Source of the DNA: Eledone cirrhosa
Taxonomy: Eukaryota
Reading direction: 5' to 3'
DNA length: 64,000 nucleotides
Assembly (NCBI GenBank): GCA_964016885.1
Contig: OZ024762.1
Location: forward strand, 2,914,001 to 2,978,000
Shown here: positions 27,261 to 42,183 of the stretch, in pieces
How positions within the stretch are numbered: position 1 is the stretch's first letter
How the letters are laid out: every line of letters begins with the position of its first letter
Made by a program: the position numbers and the translations under genes
The notes under the pieces: generated by a model
Told to the model about the DNA's origin: nothing
Database searches by the model: none
Seen by the model: only the letters and a program-made list of their open reading frames with translations

Positions 27261-27829
27261 GACATATACATACATACATGTGTGTGTCTATTGGCAGTTA
27301 TTCATTCTGTATGTTAAGGAATATAATTGGTTCAATGAAGTAGAACTCAGTTTAAATTACGGAATCATGTTTTGCGTTGAAAAGATGTGTGTGAGGTGAA
27401 CAGTCTGTTGTTTACTTAACCCTGTAAACTCTGATAGAACCTTACACTACTCCCAATAACACACATAATGCACATAAGTATTATTAAATACCCCCCAGTA
27501 TCACACGTACTCTCTCTCTCTCTCTCTCTCTCTCGTAATGGTAGGCTTGGTGGTGAGGTGGTAGTGGAAGTTGTGGTTGTGAGGTGGTGATGGTGGTGTT
27601 ATTGAGGTAGTAATGGTGGTCAGAGATTGTGGTGGTGATGTGGTGGTGATGTGGTGTTGAGGTGGTGGTGGTGGTGATGGTGTTATGGCAGCAGTGGGAT
27701 GGGGGGTGGTCACACATTATACCACATGTCCTGTAAATACTGGGTCATTGGTTGCTCGGGACAACTGTGTTATTCCCAAATGAGACAAAAAGAAGATGTA
27801 CGGAGGACAAAGAAAGTGGTTCGAAGATA

Positions 27830-28110
27830 TCATTACCATCATCACCAGTGCCATCGTCATCATCTCTCGCTATCATCGTCATCATTACTGTCATTATCAT
27901 CATCATTATCATCATCATCTTTATCATCGCCATCATCCTTACAATCATCACCATCCTCATCATCTTTATCACCATCACCATCTTTATCACCATCACCATC
28001 ACCATCATCTTTATCACCATCACCATCACCATCGCCATCATCTTTATCACCATCACCATCACCATCATCTTTATCATCACCATCACCATCACCATCATCA
28101 CCATCATCAT
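27830..28110. repeat. (CAT/CAC)n microsatellite
   Basis: Direct inspection. Confidence 0.9.
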
Positions 28111-28394
28111 GTTCCCCTTGGAAGTTTCTTGATGTTTGGCAAGAATGCCTACAAGTGGGAATTGTTGGTGAATATCTGAGTTGAGACAGAATTCCTCTGG
28201 GGGAGTCTGACCTACCGTCATAAACGTGAACTGGCAATCTTAATGGTAGACATGCATTGCTACATGCAGGGATGGATTGGTGTGTGTGTATGTAGATAGA
28301 TGGATGGATGTGTGTGTGTGTGTGTATGTATGAATGTGTATGTGTGTGGGTGTAGCTAGATGAACAGTTGATGGCCAGAAAGCTGACTGGCCAG

Positions 28395-28636
28395 TTGGAT
28401 GAATGGATGGTTGGATGGTTGGTTGGATGGCTGGTTGGCTGGTTGGTTGGTTGGTTGGCTGGTTGGCTGGTTGGTTGGCTGGTTGGTTGGATAGATGGAT
28501 GGTTGGATGGTTGGCTGGTTGGTTGGATAGATGGATGGTTGGATGGTTGGCTGGTTGGTTGGTTGGATGGATGGTTGGCTGGTTGGCTGGTTGGTTGGTT
28601 GGATAGATGGATGGTTGGTTGGCTGGCTGGTTGGTT
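28395..28636. repeat. (GGTT/GGAT/GGCT)n tetranucleotide repeat
   Basis: Direct inspection. Confidence 0.92.
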
Positions 28637-28696
28637 TACTTACTGAAACCAAAGTTTGCCAGAGGAAGAGTTGTGTGTCTATATGTCTGTGTGTAA

Positions 28697-28731
<35 letters not shown>

Positions 28732-28879
28732 GATGAGGATATTTGTATATATATGTGTGTGAGTATATATGTGTATATATGTGTGCGTGAGTATATATAT
28801 ATGTGTGTGTGTGTGTGTGGATGAGGATATTTGTATATATATGTGTGTGAGTATATATGTGTATATATGTGTGCGTGAG

Positions 28880-28911
<32 letters not shown>

Positions 28912-29267
28912 AGTATATATATCTATATATATATGTGTATATATATATATATACTCTGTTTGCGTGTGAGTATATATATCGATATATATATGTGTATATA
29001 TATATATACTCTGTTTGTGTGTGAGTATATATGTGTGTGTATATATGTGTATATATATATATACTCTGTTTGTGTGTGAGTATATATGTGTGTGTATATA
29101 TTTTATGTGTTGAGGAAGAAAGTAAGGGGGAAAGATGGGTTGGGGGTGTAAGGAGGGGGGGGGGGAGGGAGGGGCTGTGTTGATATGTTGAACCAATGTA
29201 TCAATCTCCTTTCACTTCTAATCAATCAATCAATCAAGATGGTGTTGTCTTAATGTTTTAATGTCTT

Positions 29268-29714
29268 GATGGCGGTGGTGGTAGTGGTGGTGGTGGTGGT
29301 GTCTGTCAGACTGGTGGTGGTGGTGGTGGTGGTGGTGGTGGTGGTGGTGGTGTCTGTTAGACTGGTGGTGGTGGTGGTGGTGGTGTCTGTCAGACTGGTG
29401 GTGGTGGTGTCTGTCAGGGTGGTGGTGGTGGTGTCTGTCAGGGTGGTGGTGGTGGTGGTAGTGGTAATGGTAGTGGTCGTGGTAGTGGTGGTAGTAATGG
29501 TAGTGGTGGTAGTAATGGTAGTGGTAGTGGTGGTAGTAATGGTAGTGGTAGTAGTAATGGTAGTGGTGGTAGTAATGGTAGTGGTGGTAGTAATGGTAGT
29601 GGTAGTAGTAATGGTAGTGGTAGTGGTGGTAGTAATGGTAGTGGTAGTAGTAATGGTAGTGGTGGTAGTGGTAGTAGTAATGGTAGTGGTAGTAGTAATG
29701 GTAGTGGTGGTGGT
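29268..29714. repeat. GGT/GTA repeat
   Basis: Direct inspection. Confidence 0.9.
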
Positions 29715-30578
29715 ATTAGAAAACAGTGTGAATTCAAAGAAATCTGGTAAATATCAGCTACAAAGATAGATATAAAGGTAAATATATTGACTATATGTGT
29801 GTGTGTGCGTGTGTGTGTGTGTGTGTGCGTGTGCGTGTGTGTGGAATATATATAATGTATCTGTGTGTGTATTTATGTCTGTGTGTGTGTATATATATAA
29901 TGGTCAAGATTTTTATGATAAACCTAAATTTATATGAGTGTGTGTGTACGTGCAAATCTGTCTAACCCATGCCAGTATGGATAAATGTATGATATATATA
30001 TATGCGTGCGTATGTGTGTGTGTTCTACACAACTTATATTGCAAGATATTCATCAGCTATCAGCTGGAAATTTCTACAATTTTGGCCACCTCTGACATTA
30101 CTACTCCTTCCATTGGTGCCATGCAGGGTTGATGCTACCAGTTAATGTCCAGTCTTTATGTTCTACTCTGGAGAACAGTTTGTCCTCCTTGTGTAAGACA
30201 CCAGAACACACTGCTGCAATACTGGTGTAATGCATTAACTCCGACGCTCAGAACTTGGTTATGTTGCCAAGGATGACTTAGAGACGGCCATCTTCCAATG
30301 AGGCGTGACTTCTGCACCAAAATATACATATATAAATGTATGTGTACATGTATGTATATCATCATCATCATCATCGATTTAACATCCGTTTTCCCTGCTA
30401 GCATGGGACGGGTCTACATAGACCAAGTCAGTACTGAAGCAGATCTACTGATCTCCCTGACAGGTTGGCAGCTGGTCTGTATCTCACGTATGGCCATATG
30501 TTCTATTGAAGACACAGGAGAAGTGGTCATGTCTTTGACACAACTAAAGGATCCTTGCATTCATTTCTATGTATATAC

Positions 30579-30609
<31 letters not shown>

Positions 30610-30613
30610 CATA

Positions 30614-30953
30614 GGAGGCACATGGCTTAGTGGTTAGAGCATTGGCCTTGCAATCGAAAGGTTGTGAGTTCAATTCTCAGACCGGGTGATGTGTTGTTTC
30701 CTTGAGCAAGACACTTTATTTCACATTGCTCCAGTTTACTCAGCTGTAGAAATGAGATGATAGGGACTGGGGTCCCTATCATTCCACTGCAAAGTGGTCG
30801 TGGAGGTGCCACAGAAAAAAAGCACCCAGCACTCACTGTAAATGAGGTTGGTGTTAGGAAGGGCATCCAGCTGTAGAGATCAAGCCAGAATCAGTTCCCG
30901 TCCCACCCTTGCAAGCGGGGAAAAGGGGACGTAAAATGATGATGATGATGATG
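30614..30953 (+). mobile_element. tRNA-headed SINE with RTE-derived tail (copy 3)
   Basis: As 12116-12447. Confidence 0.9.
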
Positions 30954-31251
30954 TGTGTGTGTATATATATATGGGTGGGTGTATGTTTGTATGTATTTAT
31001 ATGTATTATATATGAGTGTATGTATATATATATGTCTACATATATACACACACATATATATACATACATACACACACACACACATATATATATATACACA
31101 TATATATATATACACACACATTGACTTCCCCAGATGCGACATTGCAGTGTGCCGCAGCAATTTTTAAATAAATTCTAACGATTTCTGAACATTATTACAC
31201 AAAATACACAAAAAAACATTTTGCCTTTTTAGCAGTTTGTAATGTTATAGG

Positions 31252-31307
<56 letters not shown>

Positions 31308-31329
31308 TAGATACTTATATATATACACT

Positions 31330-31373
<44 letters not shown>

Positions 31374-31604
31374 CACACACATAGATACTTATATATATAC
31401 ACTCACACACACATATATATATATATATATACACACACACAGACACACATAGATACTTATATATATATATACTCACACACACACACATATATATATATAT
31501 ATACACACACACAGATACTTATATATATACACTCACACACACACATATATATATATATACATATACACACACATAGATACTTATATATATACACTCACAC
31601 ACAC

Positions 31605-31635
<31 letters not shown>

Positions 31636-31846
31636 GACACACATAGATACTTATATATATATATACTCACACACACACACATATATATATATATATACAC
31701 ACACAGAGACACACATAGATACTTATATATATATACACTCTCACACACATACACACAGACACACACATATATATATATATATGGGTGGACTGAACATATA
31801 TCCTAGTATAGGTTCATTGATTAAATGATAGATTAAGAGATGTATG

Positions 31847-31887
<41 letters not shown>

Positions 31888-33337
31888 TTACTATTTGTAT
31901 GTTTGTATATATCATCATGGCTGTATATATATATATATGTATGTATTTACTATTTGTATGTTTGTATATATCATCATGGCTGTGTATATATATATATATG
32001 CGTGTGTATGTGTGCTTTTTACATTTTCATTTGTATATATATATTTGTGTGTAGATGTATACTGTGTACATATAGAATGTTGTTTAAAGTTTTTTTGTTG
32101 AAATATCAATAAAATTGCTTGTTTGTAGTTTTGTGTTGAGATTCCCTCCACAGTTATTAAGTTTGGGCAACTTTCACCTATCATGCTGCCACAAATCAAA
32201 TTTGGGGGAAATATATATTCAATAGACGACCATCAGGCTGATAAACAATTGAAACTGAGAATAAACACACATACAAACATATATATATATATATTTATAT
32301 GTGTGTGTGTCGATACACACACATATAAATATATATGTATATACATATATTTATGTGTGGTGTGTGTATATGAATATATGTATACATATACACACACACA
32401 CACACACACAACAGACGTGTGTATATGTAGGGAACAGCCTTTGAAATATTTTATATTAAAACCACTACAGTACTCAACTTTAATCCTTTTTATCAAACTT
32501 TTGTTTTATATTTTATTTTTATTTTTTCATTCTTGGTTTAGAACAGTAGCTTTCCTATATCTATAAGTTTATTAGTGTTTTGAGACTTTCACAGCATCAT
32601 CTTCATAATAAAAGGGTTGTCCTGCAGCCTCAGCTGAAATAGACACAAAGATAGATCTCCACATAGGTCTGTCATTGAATGTCAATAACAGAGTCTCTGG
32701 TTATGACATCTGGTTAGGAGGAGAGCTTTTGACATCTTTGACAAATGTTGGTTTCCAATTCACCTCAGGACTGTCACTCCTTACATTCCCTAGATCCCTA
32801 ATGAAGTTCTGGCAATTGTTCCTGTATGATGTAACTATCTGTAAATTATTGGTTTATATTTTTATATTATTAAAACCTTAGTAGTTACTCCCCTTTATTT
32901 TATCAGGAATTCTGTATGGAGTTGTAGGGTTGTTAATTAATATTTTTCTAACCAATTTTGTTGTGTACCATCATCATCATCATCATCATCATCATCGTTT
33001 AACGTTCATTTTCTCATTTAACAAGGATTAGAGAGATCGTATAGTAGACCTGCTTCTAACTGAAGTGGAGGTACTAACCCCATGGATAGGCTAATTGTCT
33101 TCCTGTATGTTACAAAGTGTTCAGACAAGACAGCAACACACAACTGTCTTACACACCATTCCCCCACCTTGATAAGTGCACTTTATTGTGACACCAGTAC
33201 TAGAGACATTGTCACATCTTTCACATAAAGACACACCCTAACCCTTTCTGTCTGTGTGTGTGTGTGTGTATACCAGTACTAGAGACATTGTCACATCTTT
33301 CACATAACTGAAGACACATCCTAACCCTTTCTCTGTC

Positions 33338-33389
<52 letters not shown>

Positions 33390-33876
33390 CCAGTACTAGA
33401 GAAATTGTCACATATTTGACATAACTGAAGAGTCCTCCAAAACTTTTGTTTGACTTTCTACACTTAAATGCCCGTCTTATATTCAACCACTTTACAAAGT
33501 GTACAAAGTGCATTTCCTGTTTAGATCTTGAGTACTAGACAGGTTGTCATGTCTTTGACAGAACTGAAGGACCTCCCAACTTTACTGTATAATGTTACAA
33601 TGGCTCCTGCTGTAGATATTATAAGATATCTAAGCCCTATGGTTAAGCTTAAACCCTTTTAATATATATATATATATATTCACACACACATACATATGTG
33701 TGTCTATGGCATAAATATATAACTATGGCAGATAGTCAGCAAGTCAGATCAATAACAAAGTATTGATCTGTGAAAATAACTTCCCATTGGGTCAGGGTTT
33801 TGTTGGAAATTATTGATAGGTTTACTGAAAAATGGCTGACATGGTTCTATACATGCATATATACACACACACACCA

Positions 33877-33918
<42 letters not shown>

Positions 33919-33951
33919 TAGATATAGATATATATAGATATATATATAGAT

Positions 33952-35221
33952 AAATTTCTTTATTAGCCACAAGGGCACAAAAGAAGGGGACATACAAATG
34001 GGGAGTTTACATACAGGTATATGAAAATAAAACTATTAATAAAATAACAAATAACAATTGATATCCCCAATAGGGGGGAGGTGTTACACAGGTGTTGTAC
34101 ACACCCCGAAAAAATGTACAACCCTCCGAGCATGTCGTCGCACTTGCTGCGGACCAACCCTCTATAGAATGTCGAAGTGGAGTCTCCACTGATCGCCAGG
34201 TCTGTTTGCCAGAGGACTGTGAGTGCCTGAGCACATTCGATGTGCCAGTCGCCCATTTTCCTCGGTCTTTGCTTGACCCAGGATTGCAGCTCGGTCAGCG
34301 AGACGAGTCGTGGGAAGGCTCGCCTCACGAATGGGGCCCACACCGGTTTTCTGGTGAGGAATACGTGGAGGTGCCACAGCCTGAGCGCGTGTTTGCACAT
34401 CGTCAGCCACGGCATCCCCAGCCCTCCATTTGAAGGGTGTTGGCAGCAGATGGATCTTCTCACCAAAGGAGCCCGTTTCTTCCAAAGGAATTGGAAGAGC
34501 GCGCGCTCCATTTTGGTGAGCGTTTTGGCTGGACAAGGCACGACGGTCAAGCGGTAGTAGATGACGGACGCTATAAAAGTGTTCGCAACCTCCGCTCGAC
34601 CTTTCAAGGATAGTTTGCACTCGGCCCACTTCTGGGTGAGTGCAAACACCTTGGCCGTCACCTCGTTCCAGTTCTTCTCCACCTGGAGGTCTGGTCCAAA
34701 CCAGACCCCGAGCAGCTTTACTGGTCCTTCCGTCCAGCGTCCGACGATGCCATCGGAAGGCATCGGTTTGCCTCTCCACGATCCGAGTTGCAAACCGATG
34801 GACTTGTCCCGGTTCAGCTTTGCTCCTGTGAACCTTTCGTATTCCTCCAGTAAGGTGCCGACCTCCCCGATTTGCGAGGTGCTCGACACCATTACTGTCA
34901 TGTCGTCGGCATAGGCCGACGCCTCTTTTCGCAGTCCCTGCAATAGGGATGCCCTGCAATAGCTCCAACTTCCGCAGTAGTGGCTCAAGAGTCAGTACGT
35001 ACAGAAGGGAGGAGAGAGGGCATCCCTGTCGGATGGATCGCGTAATATGGAACGGCTCCGAGAGGTAGCCGTTCACCTTGACCCTTGAGCAGATGTTGCT
35101 GCTGTGCATTGCAGCAATCCAGCCCTTCAACACGGGTCCGAAGCCTGCCACCTCGAGCACCGCATCCAGGTAACGATGGTTAACCCTATCGAAAGCCTTA
35201 GACTGATCCAAGTTGATCTGG
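33952..35221 (-). mobile_element. Tx1/L1-clade LINE fragment, frameshifted, internally deleted before the 3' UTR
   Basis: LDQSKAFDRV, IRQGCPLS, AYADD and GGLGMP motifs; AATAAA near the 3' end; beside (TA)n. Confidence 0.92.
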
Positions 35222-35223
35222 AT

Positions 35224-35237
35224 ATATATGTCTGGAT

Positions 35238-35285
<48 letters not shown>

Positions 35286-35351
35286 TCATCATCATCATCA
35301 TCACCGCTTTACGCCTGTTCTTCCACGCTAGCATGGGTTAGATATATATAT

Positions 35352-35382
<31 letters not shown>

Positions 35383-35474
35383 TATCTAACCCATGCTAGC
35401 ATGGAAGAACGGGCGTAAAGTGGTGATGATGATGATGAGATATATATATATATACACCTATCCAGACATATATA
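35224..35474. repeat. Fold-back of an RTE 3' tail plus its flank
   Basis: TATGTCTGGATAGG..CATGGGTTAGATATA mirrored by TATATCTAACCCATG..CCTATCCAGACATA. Confidence 0.88.
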
Positions 35475-35819
35475 CACATCTACACAAACACACACACAGT
35501 GTCATCCATTCACATCTACACACACACACACACTGTCATATGTACTGAAGAATTAATAAAGTTAATGTAGAAAGTACACGAAACTAGAAAGTTACGTTTA
35601 AATCACTCAAGGGGAATAATCCAGTTATGAAACCATGCAAAATCAATTCACTTTCTCTCCTGTAGGCGGCGTTACACAATAGAAAGTTCTTCTTCACCCC
35701 ACCATCACATACACACCAACACACATCGTTTTTCTATAAGAATTACTATTGTTGTTTTTAGTGACAAGTATTTTTCATTTCACAACTGTTTTTACAGTGT
35801 ATGAGGGTTGTGTGTTTAC

Positions 35820-35892
<73 letters not shown>

Positions 35893-35905
35893 TTGTGTGT
35901 TTACC

Positions 35906-35950
<45 letters not shown>

Positions 35951-35963
35951 ATGAGAGTTGAGT

Positions 35964-35999
<36 letters not shown>

Positions 36000-36004
36000 T
36001 ATGA

Positions 36005-36035
<31 letters not shown>

Positions 36036-36043
36036 GTGTATGA

Positions 36044-36091
<48 letters not shown>

Positions 36092-36143
36092 TATGAGTGT
36101 GTATATATACATATACATATATATATATATTGTATGAGTGTGT

Positions 36144-36174
<31 letters not shown>

Positions 36175-36514
36175 GTGCATGAGTGTGTATACATATATAT
36201 ATATATATATATATAGTGTATGAGTGTGTGTATATATATATATATATAGTGTATGAGTGTGTATACATATATATATAGTGTATATATATATGACATTTTA
36301 TCTGCTCTCCTGAGAAGGAAGTGGGGGGGGGGGGGGGGTAAACAAAAGAGAAAGAAGAAATGTGTCAGTTAACGAGATTAAGATAAAAGAAGAGAAAGAT
36401 GTCTTTATTAATTACATGATTGAAAGTTGAGAGAATATTTAAATTAAAAAATAACAGAAAAATATGATTGCCAAAAGATATGAGAAGACATCTTGTAGAA
36501 CATTGGAGATGGTG

Positions 36515-37410
36515 GATGGTAAGGTGGTACCTGTGGTGTACCATAGTTTGGTGGTAAGGTGGTACCTGTGGTGTACCATAGTCTGGTGGTAAGGTGGTAC
36601 CATAGTCTGGTGGTAAGGTGGTACCTGTGGTGTACCATAGTCTGGTGGTAAGGTGGTACCTGTGGTGTACCATAGTTTGGTGGTAAGGTGGTACCATAGT
36701 CTGGTGGTAAGGTGGTACCTGTGGTGTACCATAGTTTGGTGGTAAGGTGGTACCATAGTTTGGTGGTAAGGTGGTACCTGTGGTGTACCATAGTTTGGTG
36801 GTAAGGTGGTACCTGTGGTGTACCATAGTTTGGTGGTAAGGTGGTACCTGTGGTGTACCATAGTTTGGTGGTAAGGTGGTACCTGTGGTGTACCATAGTT
36901 TGGTGGTAAGGTGGTACCATAGTCTGGTGGTAAGGTGGTACCTGTGGTGTACCATAGTTTGGTGGTAAGGTGGTACCATAGTCTGGTGGTAAGGTGGTAC
37001 CTGTGGTGTGCCATAGTTTGGTGGTAAGGTGGTACCTGTGGTGTGCCATAGTTTGGTGGTAAGGTGGTACCTGTGGTGTGCCATAGTTTGGTGGTAAGGT
37101 GGTACCATAGTCTGGTGGTAAGGTGGTACCTGTGGTGTGCCATAGTTTGGTGGTAAGGTGGTACCTGTGGTGTGCCATAGTTTGGTGGTAAGGTGGTACC
37201 ATAGTCTGGTGGTAAGGTGGTACCTGTGGTGTACCATAGTTTGGTGGTAAGGTGGTACCATAGTCTGGTGGTAAGGTGGTACCTGTGGTGTGCCATAGTT
37301 TGGTGGTAAGGTGGTACCTGTGGTGTGCCATAGTCTGGTGGTAAGGTGGTACCTGTAGTGTGCCATAGTTTGGTGGTAAGGTGGTACCTGTGGTGTACCA
37401 TAGTTTGGTG
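36515..37410. repeat. 35-bp/23-bp composite minisatellite
   Basis: GGTGGTAAGGTGGTAC[CTGTGGTGTAC]CATAGTTT. Confidence 0.95.
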
Positions 37411-37814
37411 TGATCTTAGGGGAGGTGGGGAGACAATAGGAACAGGTATTATATGTCTATATGTGAGTGTATGTATATGTGTGTGTATGTCTATATATAT
37501 ATATATTTGTGTGTGTGTATGGGTATATATATATACATGTTTGTGTATGTCTCTATGTGAGTATGTGTATGTATATATGTGTGTGTATGTCTATATATAT
37601 ATTTGTGTGTGTATATATATTTGTGTGTGTGTATGTGTATATATATATTTGTGTATGTGTATATATATACTTGTGTGTGTGTGTATGGGTATGTATATAT
37701 ACACACACACACACATATATATACATGTGTGTGTGTGTGTGTGCAGGGATGAGTGACTACAATATATAAACAACATCCAACTTCACGGAAGAAATCCCAC
37801 AAGACAATCTAGTC

Positions 37815-38472
37815 TGTTTGTTGTGTGTATGTGTGATTATATGTGTGTGTCTGTGTATTGTTGTGTGTATGTGTGATTATATGTGTGTGTCTGTATTGTT
37901 GTGTGTATGTGTGATTATATGTGTGTGTCTGTATTGTTGTGTGTATGTGTGATTATATGTGTGTGTCTGTATTGTTGTGTGTATGTGTGATTATATGTGT
38001 GTGTCTGTTTGTTGTGTGTGTGTGTGATTATATGTGTGTGTCTGTATTGTTGTGTGTATGTGTGATTATATGTGTGTGTCTGTGTATTGTTGTGTGTGTG
38101 TGTGATTATATGTGTGTGTCTGTATTGTTGTGTGTGTGTGTGATTATATGTGTGTGTCTGTATTGTTGTGTGTATGTGTGATTATATGTATGTGTCTGTG
38201 TATTGTTGTGTGTATGTGTGATTATATGTGTGTGTCTGTATTGTTGTGTGTATGTGTGATTATATGCGTGTGTCTGTATTGTTGTGTGTATGTGTGATTA
38301 TATGTGTGTGTCTGTGTATTGTTGTGTGTATGTGTGATTATATGTGTGTCTCTGTATTGTTGTGTGTATGTCTGATTATATGTGTGTGTCTGTATTGTTG
38401 TGTGTATGTGTGATTATATGCGTGTGTCTGTGTATTGTTGTGTGTCTCTGTATTGTTGTGTGTATGTGTGAT
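37815..38472. repeat. ~38-bp TG-rich minisatellite
   Basis: GTATTGTTGTGTGTATGTGTGATTATATGTGTGTGTCT. Confidence 0.92.
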
Positions 38473-39214
38473 TCTGTGTGTGTGTGTATGCAAATAAGGG
38501 AATACACATAAAATGATGTTGATGTTGAAGATATATATCTATATATATATATATGTCTGTGTGTGTGTATATATGTATACGAATGTGTATATATATATAT
38601 ATATACATATATACATAATAGGATATATGTATAAAAAATTTGTTATAACGGCTTGCAAATCCTTCATTTATTCACTTGCTTATATATATACACACACATA
38701 TGTGTATATGTATGTATATAAAGGTATGTGTATGTTTATATATGTGTGTATGTTTATATATACATACATGTGTGTACGTTTATATATATATACATGTGTG
38801 TATATGAAGGTACGTGTATATATATATAATAAAAGAAAAGGTAAAGGTATATTGTCTCCATCTTAATCAGACAGCTGATCACGCTAGCCAAAATGTCTTG
38901 CCATCTTTAACAAATAGATTCCTACAAAAAAAAAAAATGATATAAAAATGATTGAATGAGTTGATCGATAAGGTCAGTTTGATACAGACAATAAGTAAAC
39001 AAAGAGAGTAAGAATTGTAATAGTATCAAGTTTTAGTATCCCTCTTGTAAATCACCATTTTCACTTGATCCAAGACTGAGAAAGGAAGGGGAAGAAGTCT
39101 GAATTAGATAATGTAGCATCACCATCATCATCTCATGGGTTTTCTTTTTTTAATTAAGGCACAAGGCCAAAAGTTTGACTGAGGAGAAGGGGCATTTGAA
39201 ATGTACAAGGTTTG

Positions 39215-39330
39215 TTGTCACTGCTTCCGTGCAGAAGATGAGATAGTTTCAGAGCTGTTGTTGCAGGAGAACTTCTCCTCTACCATAAAGCTCAGATATG
39301 AGGATACCTCAGCAAGAGACACTGGAATTG
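39215..39330 (+). mobile_element. RTE-X-like LINE C-terminal scrap
   Basis: HCFRAEDEIVSELLL..YEDTSARDTG, related to the fragment at 52140-52260. Confidence 0.45.
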
Positions 39331-39334
39331 ACAA

Positions 39335-39665
39335 GTGCATACCCTCCATCAGACACCTGCCATACTCTGAACGCCTTGCTTCCCTGGGCATGGATTCATT
39401 GAAGCTCCAACGTCTGGCAATGGACTTGGTAAACACCCACAAAGTTATTAACCATCTCGCCAACAACAACCCTGAGCACCTTTTTGATCTCCATGTGTCT
39501 AACACACGTGGACATGCCCACAAAATCAGAAAACAGCACAGCTCCCATGACTTTCAGAAATATTTTTTCACGCTTAGAGTTGCTGAAGCATGGAACAAAC
39601 TGCCTGCGTCAGTTGTTAGCTGCCGAGACACTGCATCCTTTAAAACCCTCATGCTTCCCGAAATT
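39335..39665 (+). mobile_element. CR1-clade LINE C-terminal fragment
   Basis: LPYSERLASLGM..NTRGH..FFTLRVAEAWNKLP..FK. Confidence 0.88.
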
Positions 39666-39666
39666 G

Positions 39667-40380
39667 TGGTATTGGTAGTAGCTGTGGTATTGGTAGTAGT
39701 TGTGGTGTCTGTGGTATTGGTAGTGGTAGTAGTAGTAGTGGTGTCTGTGGTATTGGTAGTAGTGGTGTCTGTGGTAGTGGTAGTGGTGGTGGTGGTGTCT
39801 GTGGTATTGGTAGTAGTAGTAGTAGTGGTGTCTGTGGTAGTGGTAGTAGTAGTAATAGTAGTGGTGTCTGTGGTATTGGTAGTAGTGGTAGTAGTGGTGT
39901 CTGTGGTATTGGTAGTAGTGGTGGTGGTGGTGGTGCCTGTTTCTATTTCTCATATTTTATCTCTACAAAATTTAAATTCTTGTAAAACTGTGTCAAAAGA
40001 TAGAAATTCCTCTTAATAGAGATTGAAATTACTGAAAGTGGTGGTGGTGGTGGTGTGGTAGTGGTGGTGGTGGTGGTGTGATAGTGGTGGTGGTGGTGGT
40101 GGTGTGATAGTGGTGGTGGTGGTGGTGTGATAGTGGTGGTGGTGGTGGTGTGATAGTGGTGGTGGTGGTGGTGGTGTGATAGTGGTGGTGGTGGGGGTGT
40201 GATAGTGGTGGTGGTGTGATAGTGGTGGTGGTGGGGGTGTGATAGTGGTGGTGGTGGGGGTGTGATAGTGGTGGTGGTGGTGGTGTGATAGTGGTGGTGG
40301 TGGGGGTGTGATAGTGGTGGTGGTGGTGTGATAGTGGTGGTGGTGGTGGTGTGATAGTAGCAGTGGTGGTGGTGGTGGTA
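39667..40380. repeat. GTA/GGT-rich simple repeats (two tracts)
   Basis: 39667-39935 and 40038-40380. Confidence 0.9.
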
Positions 40381-40751
40381 TGTCGTAATTGTGGTGATGT
40401 TGTAGAGGTGAAGGTGGTGTGGTAGTGATGATGATGATGATGACAATGATAATTTCAGCTTTAAATATTGATTTTTTAAAGAAACATAATGATCCTGGCA
40501 TCAACTGCTTCTAACAACAACAATAATAGCAATAATAATAATAATAATAGTAATGGTGATGAGAGACCAACATCAGTGGTGATAGGAACTACATAAAGTA
40601 ACAACACTATTGGCAAGAGGTCATTAAGTGCAAAGAGGGGTGAGTCAGGATTTTTATCATTCGTTAAACTATTTATCATGACTAGACCAAACCTTGTAAT
40701 GTGTTGTCACCTCTACATGGTCCCTCAACCTGCTAGAAATAGCAACTATTT

Positions 40752-41190
40752 TCATTACCACCACCACCAACATTACTACCACCATCAACATCACCACCAT
40801 CACCATTACCACCAACATCATCACCAACACCACCACCACCAACATTACTACCACCATCAACATCACCACTTCCATCGTCACCACCATCACCATTACCACC
40901 ACCAACACCAACACCACCACCATTACTACCACCATCAACATCACCACTTCCATCATCACCACCAACATCATCACCAACAACATCATCACCACCATCACCA
41001 TTACCACCACCACCAACATTACTACCACCATCAACATCACCACTTCCATCGTCACCACCATCACCATTACCACCAACATCATCACCAACACCACCACCAC
41101 CACCATTACTACCACCATCAACATCACCACTTCCATCGTCACCACCATCACCATTACCACCAACATCATCTCCATCACCATCACCATTAC
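40752..41190. repeat. CAC/CAT compound repeat
   Basis: Direct inspection. Confidence 0.9.
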
Positions 41191-41340
41191 AAACCAAAGA
41201 GATGGTAAGGCTCTTCTCTCCAGAGATTTATTGGTCAGTCTATTTTGGCTGACACGGGTTAATGAGGATAATTCTTCAACAACAGCTTCTGTATCAACCA
41301 TTGCCTTGGACGACATAGAGAGATGAGACTGGTATGTAGA

Positions 41341-41839
41341 AGTGACTGCTGGTCTTCCATATAAACATCTTATATAAGTCACTGCTGGTCTTCCATAGGA
41401 ACATCTTATAGAAGTGACTGCTGGTCTTCCATATAAACATCTTATATAAGTGACTGCTGGTCTTCCATAGGAACATCTTATAGAAGTGACTGCTGGTCTT
41501 CCATATAAACATCTTATATAAGTCACTGCTGGTCTTCCATATAAACATCTTATATAAATCACTGCTGGTCTTCCATATAAACATCTTATATAAGTGACTG
41601 CTGGTCTTCCATAGGAACATCTTATAGAAGTGACTGCTGGTCTTCCATATAAACATCTTATATAAGTCACTGCTGGTCTTCCATATAAACATTTTATATA
41701 AGTGACTGCTGGTCTTCCATATAAACATCTTATATAAGTGACTGCTGGTCTTCCATATAAACATCTTATATAAGTCACTGCTGGTCTTCCATATAAACAT
41801 CTTATATAAGTCACTGCTGGTCTTCCATATAAACATCTT
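41341..41839. repeat. 36-bp minisatellite, ~14 copies
   Basis: GTGACTGCTGGTCTTCCATATAAACATCTTATATAA. Confidence 0.96.
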
Positions 41840-41896
41840 GTCTTGACTTGTGCCTCACAGGAGAACTTTCTAGGTGCAGAACCTTTTGATTTGGCC

Positions 41897-42183
41897 CCAC
41901 TGGGTAGGGCCTCTGGTGGTGGGGGTCACCACTGGGTAGGGCCTCCGGTGGTGGGGGTCACCACTGGGTAGGGCCTCTGGTGGTGGGGGTCACCACTGGG
42001 TAGGGCCTCTGGTGGTGGGGGTCACCACTGGGTAGGGCCTCTTATGGTAGGGGTCCCCACTGGGTAGGGCCTCTTATGGTAGGGGTCACCACTGAGTAGG
42101 GCCTCTGGTGGTGGGGGTCACCACTGGGTAGGGCCTCTTATGGTAGGGGTCCCCACTGGGTAGGGCCTCTGGTGGTGGGGGTC
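41897..42183. repeat. 32-bp minisatellite, ~9 copies
   Basis: CCACTGGGTAGGGCCTCTGGTGGTGGGGGTCA. Confidence 0.95.
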
